From Chiloscyllium plagiosum (lineage: Eukaryota), in contig NC_057756.1 in the NCBI RefSeq assembly GCF_004010195.1, forward strand, positions 3,040,776 through 3,080,610: 39,835 nucleotides of DNA, written 5' to 3'. Made by a program: the position numbers and the translations under genes. The notes beneath the pieces were generated by a model. That model had not been told where the DNA came from, did not search any database, and saw only the letters and a program-made list of their open reading frames with translations. Shown one piece after another: positions 13,370-27,853 of the stretch (within the stretch, counting starts at the first letter, position 1; every line of letters starts with the position of its first letter).

Positions 13370-16350
13370 TTCCCTTTCAACTCGTGATCACACATCTGTG
13401 ATAATATTGTCATGGTGCATATGTACAATTTCCAAATTTAATGCTTGTTAACATGAGACTCCAACGAAATAATCTATTGTATTCATCTTGTTGTAAAGCC
13501 ATTGACAAATTCAAGAACTGTTTTTCAAATGGTTGATTTTTTTTCCGATGGTTGTTGAATCCTTTTCAAAAATATTCAATTAGATGTTCAATTCTACAAC
13601 AATTCTCCTGTAGGAAGCCAGCTCCAAAGTAACATCGCTTCCATTGATGGCGGCTGTGTATGTTTGGAAAACCTTTGACGAGATTTGAGCCATGAGCAAA
13701 ACTTTAGGTTAATTCTCAAATTCCTCTTGACATTGTTCTGTCCACCAACATCTAGTGTTCTTTATTGTTCTGTCCACCAAAATTTAGTGTTCTTTATGAA
13801 CAAATCCTTCAATATTATCACACCACTGCAAATGTTATGGACAACTTTCCCGTAAATTTGCAGAATTCTAAATCTTTGTTCCTTCAATGACCGTCATGGA
13901 AATTCCTTGATGGCTTACACCTTCACGGATGATGATATCATTCGTCCCTATCAAATGCTGTGCACTAAGAATGTCACTTCCAATTTCGCAAATTTTGACT
14001 GCAAGTTTAAGACCTAATTTGCTTTCTGTAATCTCTTCAAGAGCTCGGGAAAAATCTGCAAGTGATCTTTCTACGAATGACTAAAGACCACTAAGTCATC
14101 TAGGTAGACGGCACAGTTAGTCAACCCTGCAGCAAATCTGCTCGTAAGAATTTGCAAAGAGCTGGTGCTTTTCTTTTCTCCATTCAAAAGGGAATTACAT
14201 GAAATTGATATAGCCCATTTGTGATTACGAAAGCAGAAACTTCTTTTGCTCTCTCCAACAAAAGTACTCGACAGTAAGAACAAAGTCCAACTTTGTGAAT
14301 CAAATAGACTGATCTACATTTTTCCCACCATTTTTCAGCCGTGGAGTTGGGTATGAGTCAGATTTGATCACAGCGTTGACCTTCTGATAAAGTATGCAGA
14401 AGCATTGAGTACAATAACTTTTGAGATTCAAAATAGTCTGTGAAAGTTATTCGCGTTGACTCATGTCAATGACGTTGACTCGGGCCATTGCTTCCACTTC
14501 CTCCTGAACCTGACATTGTTTTGGAGAATTCAGCCTGTAGTGGTGCGGTATTATCGAAACTGCATTTCCTACGTCAACAGAATATACTTTAGCATTCTTC
14601 CTCCCTTTCCTATTTCTACATATATCATCAAAGCACTATAACAAGTCTTTCAATTCAATTTTCTGCTCACGGAATAGATAGCTCCTTCCCCTACGCTATT
14701 TCTTAATGAACTCGTCGGTTTTTAATTCATCTTGAGGCACATCAATATCCATATTATCGAAATTTGACACCGCCCTCTGAGTGGGAGTAACAAGACACTG
14801 TTTCTCAAGTTCCCTTTCACTGTCATAGGAGCATTTTATCATGTTCTCGTGACAAACCCGATAATTACTTTTCCAACAGGCATCTATGCCAGATAACTGG
14901 CTTGACTTAACTTCTTCTCAAACTGGCAAGGACCTTTAAATCTTGCTTTAAATAAATATCTTAACACTCGTAACTGCACCATTCTTTCCATCTGGCAAAC
15001 CTACGCATTTTAGATCTCTTAGCTGCTTCTTTTTTATTCGGGGCTGTCCCATCTTGAAATGTTATCTGGCTAATTGACCTACTCTTTTTTAACCTTTGAT
15101 CAACTCAGATGAATAGCCACACTGTGTGATCTCTGACTTCAGACATGCCAACTGTTCCTTAATTAATTTTTGATGGCACTCTTACATCGTGTGTGAATAT
15201 CAATTCAAATATAGTAATGTGAGTTGATCCAGTTGAAGCATCTGTAATACGAAACAACATAAATAGAATACTGTTTTCTCAAATATTTGGGTTAACATTG
15301 TCATCGACCCTCACCATCGTCTTTCGGGTCTGATGTCACCTTTGCAAAGTCCCCTGCGATTCAGGCTAGTATGATTCCGGTTAAAAGTGTTTGCTGCCAA
15401 AACAATCCATGACATCATGTGACGAAGCTGGGCCTTTATCAAGATCATGTTGTCCTTGTTTATTTTTTCACGAGGTGTCCTACAGGCAGAGCTTCAAATT
15501 CGTCTGGAAATATCTACTTGCAGATTAACTGAATAAGACCCCTTGGGTTGTGAATAACGGTTAAAAGTGTAAGCAAATCTTCAACAACCTTTTTTGCCTT
15601 TACATTCCGTAACAGAACTCTCTCTGGAAATTTGTTACACAGATAATCAAGGTTGACTAATATTGGTTTTCAATTTTGGTCTTAGTCAGGGGACCTGCAC
15701 AAACAAACCCAAACCATTTGAAAAGGTTTTTAAAATGCGGGAATCGGCATCAAAGACGCTGGTTTCGTCACAGTCTGTGGCTTTCCTACCGTCTGACAAG
15801 TATGACAGGTTCATAACAATTCTGTCACATCTTTGTGTAATTTATCCCGATCAAACTCGTTCTGTCTATTAGCTACCCTCAATAGTGCTACCCTCAATAG
15901 TTCGTCTGAGTTCCACCAGCAATACAACCTGGTAAATTTCTGCCTATCGTTCATCTCACTAATGTGCCAATGTCTCAATTTCTGCTGCAAGAGGTTGTCT
16001 TTAAGGTATTAGCTTTCTGGAATACACTCTGATTCGTTAACTGAATATGATATATCATTGAGTAAATATTGCATCGTTCTAAGTTTTGTTGTTACACCAT
16101 TAATTTTTCAGCAATAAACTCCTTGCCCTGACGCTCTACATTATGTGGTTATTATTTTACCATCTCATTGATCAGGGTGTCAGATACTGCACATCAACTT
16201 CATCATCTTTCGCTTTTGTTTTCTGTTCTTGTTTTAACATACAGCTGTGACAACTTGCCTCCACACGGTTTGGAAAATATCAAGGGTGTTCATCTTTGAA
16301 GTCCTCAGTTCCGTGTTTTATTTTCCATTACAGTGGGCGTCACTCACAAT
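13370..16350 (-). mobile_element. Decayed Gmr1-like Ty3/Gypsy LTR retrotransposon pol (INT-RT-RH order)
   Basis: Minus strand 5'->3': CHTCQTVGKPQ (~15790), CAGPLTKTK..FPERVLLRNVKAKKVVEDLL (~15700-15570), HPES-QG region (~15370), then RT YQKVNAVIKSDSYP (~14390), CAVYLDDLVVFSHS (~14100), then RNase H AINGSDVTLE/GAGFLQEN (~13650) and RLFRWSLML (~13470). Confidence 0.85.
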
Positions 16351-16419
16351 GTGAACGAGCGAAAGTGTTTCAAGTAATAAACTGTCTTCCTGGAACAGTA
16401 TTTTTTTTTTCTGTCATGA

Positions 16420-18030
16420 CATTAACCACGGCACCACTTTGACCCACGCAGACTCTCCGTAATATCATCACCTCCAGTGACCTCCCCTCCAACACCTCCA
16501 AACTCATAGTATCGCAGGCCCAGAACCCAGATCTAACTGTTCGACATGTTCCACAAGCCCAACTACCCCAGCTATTCCATGCTCCTGCCTCACCACACTA
16601 ATTGCTTCCCCATCCTCGACTCCATCTTCTTCACACCGATATCTGGGTCACCAAGCACGTTTTCCACCTCGTTGGAAAAACTTCTAGTCCCCCCGCCCCC
16701 ACATTTCATTTTTACTCTATGCACGTCAACTCCCCACAAGGACGACCTGCAAGATCGCTCTTTCTTTCTCTCCAACATGCCCAGCTGGTCTCCTCCATCA
16801 ATCCACTTTTCCACCTCGACTACTTAGTGCTCACCCACGATAAGTCTTCCTTTAATTTTTCCCATTTACTCTTTATCCAGAGTTGGAGAGCGGGCGGGGC
16901 ATGGGCACTCACTTGGGCCCGAGCTAAGCCTGCCTATTTTTTCGGCATGTCGAAGGGTTCCTCTTCAGAACATGCATACTGATTGTTCCATAACTCTTCT
17001 GCCATTGCATCGATGATTGCACCGGTGCTGCATCCTGCACCCAGTCTGAACCGGATTCGTTAATCGACTTTACAAACAATTTTCCACTTGTCCATCAAAA
17101 TCACTTGGTCTATCTCTGACAGTTCCCTCCCCTTCCTTGAGATCTCTATTTCAATATCTGTTGATAGATTACTGAATAACATTTCCTACAAGCACACAGA
17201 CTCTAGAACTACTTGGACTGCAGAACCTCCCACCCTGTAATCTGCAAATCTCCATGCCTTTTTTTTTCGAATTCCTCTGTCTCTGTTGCAGTTGTTCTGA
17301 CACCAAGCCATTCCACTCCCAAGCATCCCTAATGGCCATTTATTTTTAACAAAGTGCTCTTCCACTTATCTGTCAATCAGACAACACTTCACCACAGATT
17401 TTCCATTCCCCGCCACAATGTTCAAAACTCTGCAGCAGCCAAATTAATAAATACAGGGTCCCCATTGCCTACATTTTCGAATTCCCCCGTCTGCACATCC
17501 AACATATCATCCTAAAACACCTCCACCAATTCCAACAAAACCTCACCATCAAGACTATCCCTCCATCCTAAACCCTCTCTGCCTTCAAAAATGATATTCC
17601 CTTTGTTAATCCTTGATTCCCGCCAGCCTCCCCACGAGCACGCCATACCGCCTGCACTGACACTTGCAATTTTGAAATTTTCAAAACCTGTGGCAAACCT
17701 CCTTCCTCATCTCCATTCAAGGCTGCAAACAACCTTTTCAGGAGAGGCAGAGGGTCACTTTCCTTTTCTACAACCTAGTGTATTCCTCATTCCAGATGCC
17801 AACTGGATTCCTACATGCTAACAAGCTATCAGTTGTGCCTACCATCTGGAATCACCAATACGACTTCATCACTCCGCGCCTAACACACCCAAAGCCCTTT
17901 CCTCTCCCTTTATCTGCAACTCCCCCTAGTCCCACCATCAAGAAGTGTTATAAACGAAACGTTGGACTTATCTACCTCATGATGCTACTTGTCTTGCTGT
18001 GCTCTTCCAGCTTCCAGACTTAAACCTGCC
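16420..18030 (+). mobile_element. Decayed Penelope-like element ORF (RT plus GIY-YIG endonuclease)
   Basis: SSDLPSNTSKLIVSQAQ.., FHKPNYP.., LVLTHDKSSFNFSHLLFIQ..GAWALTWARAKPAYF (cf. GVAMGTRMGPSYACLF), CIDDC (~17007), SLPFLEISISIS (~17125), YKHTDS..YLD and a GIY-YIG-like stretch near 17740-17820. Confidence 0.85.
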
Positions 18031-19875
18031 TTCCAACAAAGTCTAGTGTTTAAATGAAATAAATCCATGGCACTCGCCTTAAAACCAACAAGTAACGGTT
18101 TATTTATCTAACTCTCCCTGTGAAAAATGAACGAAATAAATCTTTAGGCCTTAGAAATTAGTTACAGATTAACTGTCTTCTGAAATATTCTGTACCTCAT
18201 ATGTCTATTCTTCTATTAAGAATGCCTTCTCCATCGATGCTTCTGTCAGGAATTCCCTGTCTACCGATGCTCCTGCAGAATTATTACTAATTATTCCGTT
18301 AGTAACTTTTTCATTCAGATAGTGTTTAGTTTTCAAAGGCGTCCAGGCATTTGCACATGGGAGCTAGCTCTGTGGTTTTGTCCACCTGCCCCTTTCTTTT
18401 ATATATACCTGTGATGACATGGCAACATTTCTACTGTCGGACTGGTACTGTGTTGAAAAGGAAACCCATCAGATTTCATTTTAATAGATTTTGTGGGGAA
18501 TTTAAGTAGAAGGTTCAAATTGATTTCAAAAATTCAAAAGGTCTTCTCGTGTTAAAAAAGAAGACTTTTGCTTGGCCTGGAAATGGTGCTGGCTTTCATT
18601 ACAAATGTTTCAGTTTGGGTGCTATCTGTTCTTGAACACTTCCAAACGACTTCCCCCAGAAATCCATTTCAAGTTTCGAAACAGAGAAAAATTCTATGAT
18701 CTTGTAATGTGATCACACAGTGCTCCCCCTCCAAACATTTCATAAACGCTGAATTCTAACTTCCTGCCTCCCAATCCAGGCGTTTTCTAGCTCCCACCAC
18801 AACTTTACTCACAGCTTTTCGTCCATTTTCGAATATTATGGCTAACATACGATAGGTTACAATCTGAAAAAAACCTAAAGGAACCCAATGAATTGCAGAC
18901 CACTAACGCTAATGCGTCGATAACTTCATTAAAAAATCTCCTCTCACATATTGAAATTCCGTTTGATTGAAAAGAAAGACAAATGAGTCGTGAGAAAGCA
19001 ACACAAAATTTGGAAATCTACACGAATTGCAAGAATTTCAAATAAGATCATTTCTTTGCATAGATGTCCCATTATTGTGAAGGTACAAAGTACTGAGTTT
19101 GCCCAATTTAATGTAGAGGTGTCTGATTTTGTTTATTACGAGGATCGAATGAAATAATCAAACTAAAGTTTGAAAGGAAAAAACGGTTACAATCGAAGAC
19201 CAACTTGTGGCAGCCTTCTCCAATTCAAATGATTCTTTAACAATTGCAATGTATTAAATTGGGTCTGAATGTGAAAAGTAATATATTATGCACCCACCGT
19301 TGTGTTTGGGAATCCAATTATTCAACGTTTCATGCATCTTAGATTACAGATATTTCATGAATGCAGATCATAGTTCTGGGATATAATTATGGAAATATAC
19401 CCAGAACTTCAGAGGAGGTTTACCAGGATGCTGCAGTCTGCCGAACGATGTGAATTTCAAGTCCAGTCTGCACAGCTGCACTGATTATCTGACTTTGGAA
19501 GCATTCCAGTTCATTTCAATTTTATGTTAATTTCCAGTAAGGATTTTTTAGGTGTCACTGGAATTGTTGGAAGCAAATCTATTCAAATTTGTACGTTTTA
19601 AATGAAGTATCGTTTTTTTCATATATTTTGTACTGATTTCATAGCACACCATGAAGAATCCAAACTTCCTCAGATGCTAATTATAGCTGATAAAATAAAT
19701 CAATTACTTATGTGTAGTAGAATAATAACGCCACAAAAGATCTGCAGCTATCTGTAGCTTTTAAGCTAGCAGAGCGTGGAAAATATTTACACATAATTCA
19801 GTGGACTAGTTCTCTGCATTTTCTTAATGAAGCTATTTTCTTTCAATAAATAATGTGAAAGCAGAGGTACAGCAC

Positions 19876-20297
19876 TAGAACAGAGAACACAGAACAGTAC
19901 AACACAGAAAAGGCCCTTCAGCCACGATGTTATGCCGACCATTGATCCTCATGTATGCACCTTCAAATTTCTGTGACCATATGCATATCCTGCAGTCTCT
20001 TAAATGTCCCCAGTACCTTCCTTCCACAACTGCTGCTGGCAACGCATTCCATGCTCTCACACCTCTCCGAGTAAAGAACCCGCCTCTGAAATCCCCTCTA
20101 TACTTTCCTCCAACCAGGTTAAAACTATGACCCCTCGTGTTAGCCATTTCTGCCCTGGGAAATAGTCTCTGGCTACCGTCTAGATCTATGCCTCTCATTA
20201 CCTTGTATATCTCAATTAGGTCCCCTCTCCTCCTCCTTTTCTCCAATGATAAAAGTCCGAGCACAGTCAACCTCTCTTCATAAGATAATCCGTACAA
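19876..20297 (-). mobile_element. CR1-type LINE 3' end (5'-truncated, relatively intact)
   Basis: ORF GLSYEERLTVLGLLSLEKRRRRGDLIEIYKVMRGID..TRGHSF..FFTRRGVRAWNALP is the typical CR1 ORF2 C-terminus, followed by a short tandem-repeat tail. Confidence 0.92.
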
Positions 20298-20894
20298 TTC
20301 AGGTTACTCAGATGCAATTGTTTACAGTTGATGTTACCAATATATTAGTTTTCTGAAAATATCCCCAAAAGCTGAAAGGTTAATGATTCCTAATTCAGTT
20401 GGCCTTTAATTATCTCAATTTTGCATGAAAACTGATTTATCACTAAACATGACAAAACGATTTTTCCTTTCGCCTTTACTCACCACAGTTATTGACTGTC
20501 CACTAATCCAGACGTCCCTCGTTTTCTGATTTGGCTTGAAATGCCCAGAGATGACACAACGACTCACTTGTCGACCTCACCATGCTCAACAAAATCGAAA
20601 GTGGCGAACAATGCAAGCTTCTCTTAGTTACCTGATATGTAATCAACAATTTCTTTGTCACTGCTAAGAGACCTTCACTTTCCATTGTTCATTTCCTTGT
20701 CTTCTCTAATGTATTCCCAATTAAATCGAAAGCTGTCTGCATTATTTTCTGATACAGCACTCGTTCACAGCAGCATTCAACTTGACTGAGGGTGGATAAT
20801 TAGAATTCAGAATATATTGCCAGTCGAGACAATAAACGTGGCATCAATTCAATAATGAACATGTTAATTTCCGAATTTGAATATATCTTTGCAG

Positions 20895-20948
20895 AGTTGA
20901 AGCAGGAATTTCCTGTTCAGAAATTTCCAGAATTGAAATTATCAAAAC
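20895..20948 (+). CDS. 54-nt phase-1 exon, (E)LKQEFPVQKFPELKLSK
   Basis: gaatatatctttgcag|AGTTGAAG...TCAAAAC|gtcagt; exactly 2x27 nt, open, and begins E-L like the 2017 and 11998 exons. Confidence 0.6.
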
Positions 20949-20984
20949 GTCAGTACGCATTTCTTAACATCAAACTCTGTCTGA

Positions 20985-22745
20985 AAGTCAGAGAGTCAGA
21001 GATGTGCACAGCATGGAAGCAGACCATTCAGTCAAACTCGACCATGCCAACCTGATATCTCAATCTAATCTTGTCCCACTTGCCATCAGCCAGCCCATAT
21101 TAGTCCAAACCTTTCCCATTCATATACCTATACAGATTTTTTTTAAATCTTGTAATTGTACAAACCTCCAATACTACCTCTGGGAGTTAATTCCATACAT
21201 GTACCACCCTCTGCGTGAAAACGATACCCCTTAGGTCTCTTTCATATCTTGTCCCTCTCACACTAAATCTATGCCCTCTAGTTTTGGACTCCCCCACCAA
21301 GACTATCTATGCCGCTCAAGGTTTTATACATATCTATAAGGTCAGTCCTCAGCGTCCGAAGTTCCAGGGAAAACAATGCCAGCCGATTCATCCGCGCCCG
21401 ATAGCTCAAATAGCCCAACACTGGCAACATCCTTGTAAATCTTTTCTGAGCCCTTTCAATTTTCACAACATTCTTCTGAGAAGAAGGAGAACAGAATTGC
21501 ATGCGATTCTCCAAAAGTGACCTAACCAATGGCCTGTACAGCCGCAGCATGGCCTCCCAACTCCTGCACTCAGTACTCTGAACAATAGCGGAAAGAATAC
21601 CAAATGGCTTCTTGACTATCATCCCTAACCGCACCTCTACTTTCAAGAAGTTATGAACCTGCACTCCAAGGTCTCTTTGTTCAGCATCACTCCCTTGGAC
21701 ATTACCATTAAGTGTATATGTCCTGCTAAGATTTGCTTTCTCAAAGTGCAGCACCTCGTATTTATCTAAATGAAACTCCTCCTGCCACTCTTCAGTCCAT
21801 TGACCCATCTGAACAAGATTCTATTGTAAACTGAGGTAAGCTTCTTCGTTGTTCACCGCACCTACAACTTTGATGTCATCTGCAAAGTTACTAGCAATAC
21901 TTCTTACGCTCCCATCCAAATAATTTAGATAAATGACGAAAAGTAGCGGACTCGGCACCAATCCTTGTGGCACTCTACTAATCACAGGTCTCCAGTCTGG
22001 AAAACATCCATCCACCACCAAATTATGGCTTCTACCTTCGAGCAAGTACCGTATCCAAGTGGCATTTTCTCATGTTATTGCATGAAGTCTAATATTGCTA
22101 AGCAGTCTTCCAAAGGAAACCTTGACTAACGCCTTACTGAAGTCCTTATATATCACATCTACCAGTCTACCCTGGTAAATCCTCTTTGTTACATCTTGAA
22201 AACGCTGAATCAAGTTCGTGAGACATGATTTTCCAGTAACAAAGCCGAGTTGACTATCACTAATCAGTCCTTGACTGTCAAAATACATATACGTTCCGTC
22301 CCTCAGGATTCCCCCAAAAACTTTGCTCACCACTCACGTCAGGCATATGGGTCTATCGTTTCCCGGCTTGTTCTTACCACCTTTCTTTAATAGTCATATC
22401 ACGTTAGCTAACTCCCATTCTTCCGTCACTTCCTGTGTGACTATAAATGATACAAGTATCTCAGCAAGGAGACCAGCAATCACTTCTCAATCTTCCCACA
22501 CAGTTCTATGGCATACTTGACCATGGGCATTTATCCACCTTTTTGGTTTTCAAGACGTCCAGTACTTCCTCCTCTCTAATATGGACATTTTTCAAGATGT
22601 CACCATTTATTTCCGTACATTCTATATCTTCCACGCCCTTCCTTACATTGATGCAAAATATTCGTTTAATATCTCTCCCATCTCGCGCAGCACTACACAT
22701 AGGCAACCTTTCGGATCTGTGTGTGGCCCTATTCTCTTCCAAACC
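20985..22745 (-). mobile_element. CR1-type LINE, RT domain to 3' end, frameshifted
   Basis: SQLGFVTGKSCLTNL, VDVIYKDFSKA, RVPQGLVPSPLLFVIYLN, NFADD, EQRDLGVQVH, RAQKRFTRMLP. Confidence 0.93.
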
Positions 22746-23404
22746 TAATCCGAGCTTTTTGGTCATTATAATGCACAATGCATGTCATGGTTTCCTTTCT
22801 TGTCCATACACACGAGTGGAACTTCAACGTTCACTGTCTTCACTTAAATTGAATTGAAGTCTGTGAACAATACATTCTGAATGCAAGATTGTTAACAAAC
22901 AAAATGTTTACTGATATTTGTAGATAATTATGGCAGATAATTCGCTACTCCATGAGCACAACTTCAAAAAAATGTCTTGCGTTCTCCAAGAGAATATGTC
23001 ACACCGACTCTTTACGTTTCTTGTCTGTCGAGCTCTGGATATTTTGATGAATACAAATGAATCAATGAACATTTAAGCTCATTTAAGCGGGAAGACTTCA
23101 GCGCATATACCTATCAGGGCTGAATTGTGATTACTCAATCGGCAATGACAGAGTTGTGCTGTGAAAAAAAAGGCTATGTATCACTTGAGGCGAAATTGTG
23201 TTCTTATGTGACACGTTCTCTTAAACTGTGTCCCCAAGCTTGAACCTTCGCCGAATTTTGCTCAAAAATTATACTTTGTTTACAGTTTTGGTTGATATTT
23301 CAGGCATTGTGTCCTTATCCAAGGCTAACATTTTTGTGGCAGGAAAAAAACGGTAGATCTAACAATTCTGATTATGAGTATTTGTACACATTTATATTTA
23401 CTTA

Positions 23405-24290
23405 TTCATTCTTGTGGAATGCATGCGTTGCTCGTTGGCCAGTAAGAATTGCCTGTCGCCAGTTGGCCCTGAGAAGAGGGTATTTAGTTGCTTTCTTGAA
23501 TCGTTGAAGTTTACTTGCTGGGGTGGATCCACAATGCCATTAGGAAGGAAATTCCAGGATTTTGAACCAGCGAAAATAAAGGATAGCTGACATATTTGAA
23601 AATAAGGATGATAAGTGGCTTAAATGTGTTGGTATTCCCAGATGGAAGTGTTCTTGTGCTTGAAAAATGCTGTCTGAGAATTTCACAAGTCGTCAGATAT
23701 TGTCGTCAGTGCACATTGCTGCTACTAGGCGTCGATGGTGTTGGGAGTAAATGATTATGGATGCAATGTCAGTCAACTGGATTGTTGTGTGCTGAATGCT
23801 GTGAAGCTTCTTGAGTATTCTTGAGGCAACTGAGGAGTACTCTATCACGCCTTTGCATTGTTCCTTTTCGGTGGTGGGCAGATCTTAGGCAGTCATGATG
23901 TGAGTTAAACGCCGCAGTATACCTAGCCTCTCGTCTGCTGTTGTAGCCATTATACTTATATTGTGAGTTCGGTTGAGTTTTTATTAATAATAACTCCTAC
24001 AATGGTGATAGTAGGAGTCATTGATGGGAACACCATTGAACGTCAAGGAGAAATGGTTAGTTCGTCCCTTATTTGTAATGATCGTAGCCTGGCATTTGTT
24101 GCCGTGAATGTTAGATGTCACGTGTCAGCCCAAGTCTGGATGTCGTCCGATCTTGTCAAGTTTCCGTATTTGAAGAGTCGTGCTTGTTGGTGCTGAAAGT
24201 TCTGCAATCATTGATGATCATCGCCACTTCTAATCTTATGAAGGAGGTAAGTTCAGTGATGAAATAGTCGAAGATATATAGGCTGCGGAC
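23405..24290 (-). mobile_element. Decayed CR1/L2-group LINE 3' region
   Basis: ggaaattccaggattttgaaccagcg... is homologous to 1238-1280 and to the reverse complement of 31300-31440. Confidence 0.7.
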
Positions 24291-24942
24291 ACAATTAGTC
24301 ATGTTTGATTGTGAGTCCAGGAAAGTGTTGGGACCAAATTGACAGTTTGCTGCCTTTCACAAATGAACATTATTTCAAGAGTATTTTTCCTGAAAGTATG
24401 ACTGACTCGAATTATGAATGAATATAATTGGAATTGTAAACAGGATTAAGCCATTAACCCCTCCTTATTCCTGATTCAACTATTAAATTCAGCGCTTATT
24501 TCACTGTGCATTAAATCGGATTTCATCTCCGTGTAATGCAGAGTCGACTGGTGAAAGTATGTATCTAATGTATAAATTATTTTTCTAAAATATTTCACTC
24601 TTTACGGGCAGAAAAAAAGATGTTTTAAAGAAGCTATATACTTCCTATAACTTAGCTCATAAACAGAAGTTGGATGTAAGGTAGTTCTTAGATAATATAT
24701 TATGTGTTAGTTCGAATGACATTGTCAAGTTGGAATGTATGAATTCATTTTTTCAGCCCAAGCAGATGGCATGACGATTGCTAATCATCATAATGATCTT
24801 TGTTTTCTTAAATTCTCTTCATTCTGTCTTATTATTAAAACATTGTGCTTAAGACAATCATGCAGAAACGGAGAGTAATGGCACTGGAAAAAATAAACAA
24901 CATTAGCAATATGATCTAGAAAACATTGAAAATAATACTTAC

Positions 24943-25349
24943 CTAGTCGCTATAGAAATGTGCTACCCCCTTAGTCTTTCACGGCATTGTCCTCAGGATT
25001 TGCGACGAGAGAACTTTCGTTTTTATTCTTGAAGTAGCATGATAAGTTCTGTCCATATTATCTTTTCAGGCAGCAATTCCAATGCTCTTAAGAACTTGAA
25101 AATGCGAATGGCTCATCAGTTCATTCCAGCTGGCGCATCATGCCGACTCAATCGTCAATTAATGAGCTCTTCAATGAAAAAAACACTTCCCTTACTTCAT
25201 ACTTTTCCAAATTCATCATTTTTTGTAGAATCGTATTTCTGCTAAACTTCATCTGTTCCAGCATAAAATTCTCAGCCATTTTAAGAATTTTCCCCAATGA
25301 TCTGTGTTATGATTCTGTCGATGTCAACAACATAGTCTAACAAGAGAGT
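24943..25349 (-). pseudogene. Disabled exon encoding a possible CARD/death-fold domain
   Basis: Acceptor ttgcag, donor TAG|gtaagt, ATG at 25279 in good Kozak context (aaaATGG). Reads MAENFMLEQMKFSRNTILQKMMNLEKYEVREVFFSLKSSLIDD*VGMMRQLE*TDEPFA/FKFLRALELLPEKIIWTELIMLLQE*, with stops and a frameshift. The fold assignment is by pattern only. Confidence 0.35.
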
Positions 25350-26809
25350 CTGCAATTGAGTGTTAATAAGTACTCCCAATAAAACAAAATGTTTTGGCTA
25401 ACTAATTATTTAAGTGCATTGCAAATAATATTTCTTCGCAAATATTTACTATTTCGGCAAGAAAGTATACATTCTTGTTATAAATAATATCTCTCGTAAA
25501 TAAGCAATTAAAATAAACGTAATTTAAAAAATAAAATGTTTAATAATAGAGAAAATCTGTCAACATCTGTGATAAAAGGGAAAGAATTGAAATTTCGAGT
25601 CGATAATGACACTCCATCTGGATATTTTTTGCTGTTTGATTAGAATTTTAGAATGCTCATTATTTTCTCTTAAGTAAGTGCAAACTAACTTCGTTTGTTT
25701 ACGTTCAATCAGAAATTAACATGGGTTGCATCATTCACAGGAGATGAAACATCGTCAGACGGTGAGACTGATAAAAGTGTAAGGAATACATATACTGAGG
25801 GATAACATAGGTTATCTGCGCATTATTATTCGGAAATTTAGGATCGTGTAGGCCATGAGAATGCAACCACATCTCGTTTTTCCAGGAAAATCATGCTTGA
25901 TATCAACACAGCGTATCAGCAATGGCAGAACAATGAGCAATATCGAAACGAAGTTACGTAGTAATAGGTCCTTGGTGAGAGAGGTTTTCTATCACTACTG
26001 CCTCGCATGCTTGTATATTATGACGATTTAATCAAGGTTTGATCGCAAATCTGTTTCATAGCTGCAAATGGCCGTTCATGTTGATAATTTGCAAAGTGTC
26101 AGAAAAAAAACATTTAAAATTTTCCACAATTCTCTTCACTACGTTGCATCAAAATTTCCCATTGTTGCACTTGAATAAATAATGCAAAATTCTGTACATC
26201 TATGTGTTACCATAATTAGTCTACAAGTACTGACTGCATTCTCTGAATTATTAATAAAGGAAAAGCAAAAATCAATACTTTTATTTATTAAATTAGTTGA
26301 GCGGTTATCAGAAACGGTAGAAGTTGCTATCAATTTCAAAACCCACAGTAGTTATTCTCCATAACGGATAACATTATATTTTCCGAGTCAGAACCCAATA
26401 TCTGAGGTATTTTGAAAAAGGGTTTCCATTTAGCTCATCAACAACAATGGAATTCTGTCAAAGTCAAACAATACACTGACTTACAATTGCATTGCAGCAA
26501 CTGAATTCTCAAAAGAAACGGGCACTCCTACCATTATAGATGAATGTGCAGCAATTTGGCCTAAGGTATTCAAGACATAATTTCAAAATTGGCGATCGCT
26601 TATAAATGAAACTTGAAGGATAGATGTTGGTTTGTATATTGAGAATATTAATTTACATTGAGACACGCATGCTACTGGCTTGGAACAACACGACATTCCA
26701 CAAAATATAGAGAAAGAATCATCTTGAAAAGCGCAGTAGCTACGGCTGAAACTATTCACCAAAGAGTCATAGAATTGTAAAGCAAGGAAACAGATCTTTC
26801 GGTCGATCT

Positions 26810-27200
26810 CGCCCACGCTGTACAGATGTCCAAAACGAATTTAGTGCAATTTGCCAGAACTTGGTCCATGTCCTTCTAAGCCCTTCCGATTCATATAATC
26901 ATGCAGCTGGTCGTTAAAAGTTGTAATTGTACTAGTCTCGAACACTTCCTCTGGCAACTCATTCCATACACGCACCACTGTTTGCGAGATAAGTTGCCCC
27001 TGAGGTCCCTTTTAAATATTTTCCATCTCACATTGAAACTATGTTCTCCAGTATTCGACTGCCCCTCCCCGGCCAAAAACCTTGTTTCTTTGCCCTATCC
27101 ATACCCGTCGTGATTTTATAAACATCTATAAGTTCACCCCTCAGCCTCTGACGCTCCAGAAAAAAAAATCCCAGTTCATTCAGCCTCTTCCTGTCGCTCC
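26810..27200 (-). mobile_element. CR1-type LINE 3' fragment
   Basis: GQSNTGEHSFNVRWKIFKRDLRGN; homologous to 21000-21400. Confidence 0.85.
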
Positions 27201-27853
27201 ACCACTGGAATGTTGATCAAAGATAAAGCTCTTCACCTGTTTTTTACTACTATAAATGGATGCGTGTTCAAACAACATCAAAACCACTTGCACTACATGA
27301 ACTAGAAATTGTCATTTATGTAGCTATTTGTAAAGTATCCATGCCTTGCATGCTGTGCCATGATTTATTGGCGCTAGTCTAGTTCCCACATGGCCACTAT
27401 GAGTTAAGTTCCTCTCAAGTTAATTTTTGTTTCTAGCAGATGAAAATTATCTCAATTTCTGATTATCATATCGGCAGTATTAGCATGGGCATTCCCGCGA
27501 TATTAGTGATTCTATTTCATACAATTTGCTCGATGCTATGGTCAGACACTGAACAGCGATAAAAAAAAGTGCGAATTTCGTTCATTTGGGCTTTAGTTTT
27601 CAACCACGAAAGTTTTTTCTAACCAAAAACATCAAGACAATTTTGCGACTCAAATGACTGACAATGTTGTAGGCATTTCCAACGTTTTATGCCTGAATTA
27701 TAGTGTTTAAAAGTGCTGAACCTTTACATCACTTCATCTTTGAACACAATAAATCGCCTCTAACCTGCATGGGGTACTCAGTAGGTTTCAGCAACGCTGG
27801 GTTTAACTAAAAGGCCAGTTCTGAGATTGGCTCTTTCCTTTTTTCCATTTTAG

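Noticed and set aside
18047..18733. Possible LTR (TGT...ACA) with an adjacent purine tract on the minus strand
   Set aside because: No second copy or TSD in the window, and its position does not fit the Gmr1-like element.
18860..19445. Traces of very old CR1-like sequence
   Set aside because: Only scattered short motifs; boundaries cannot be supported.
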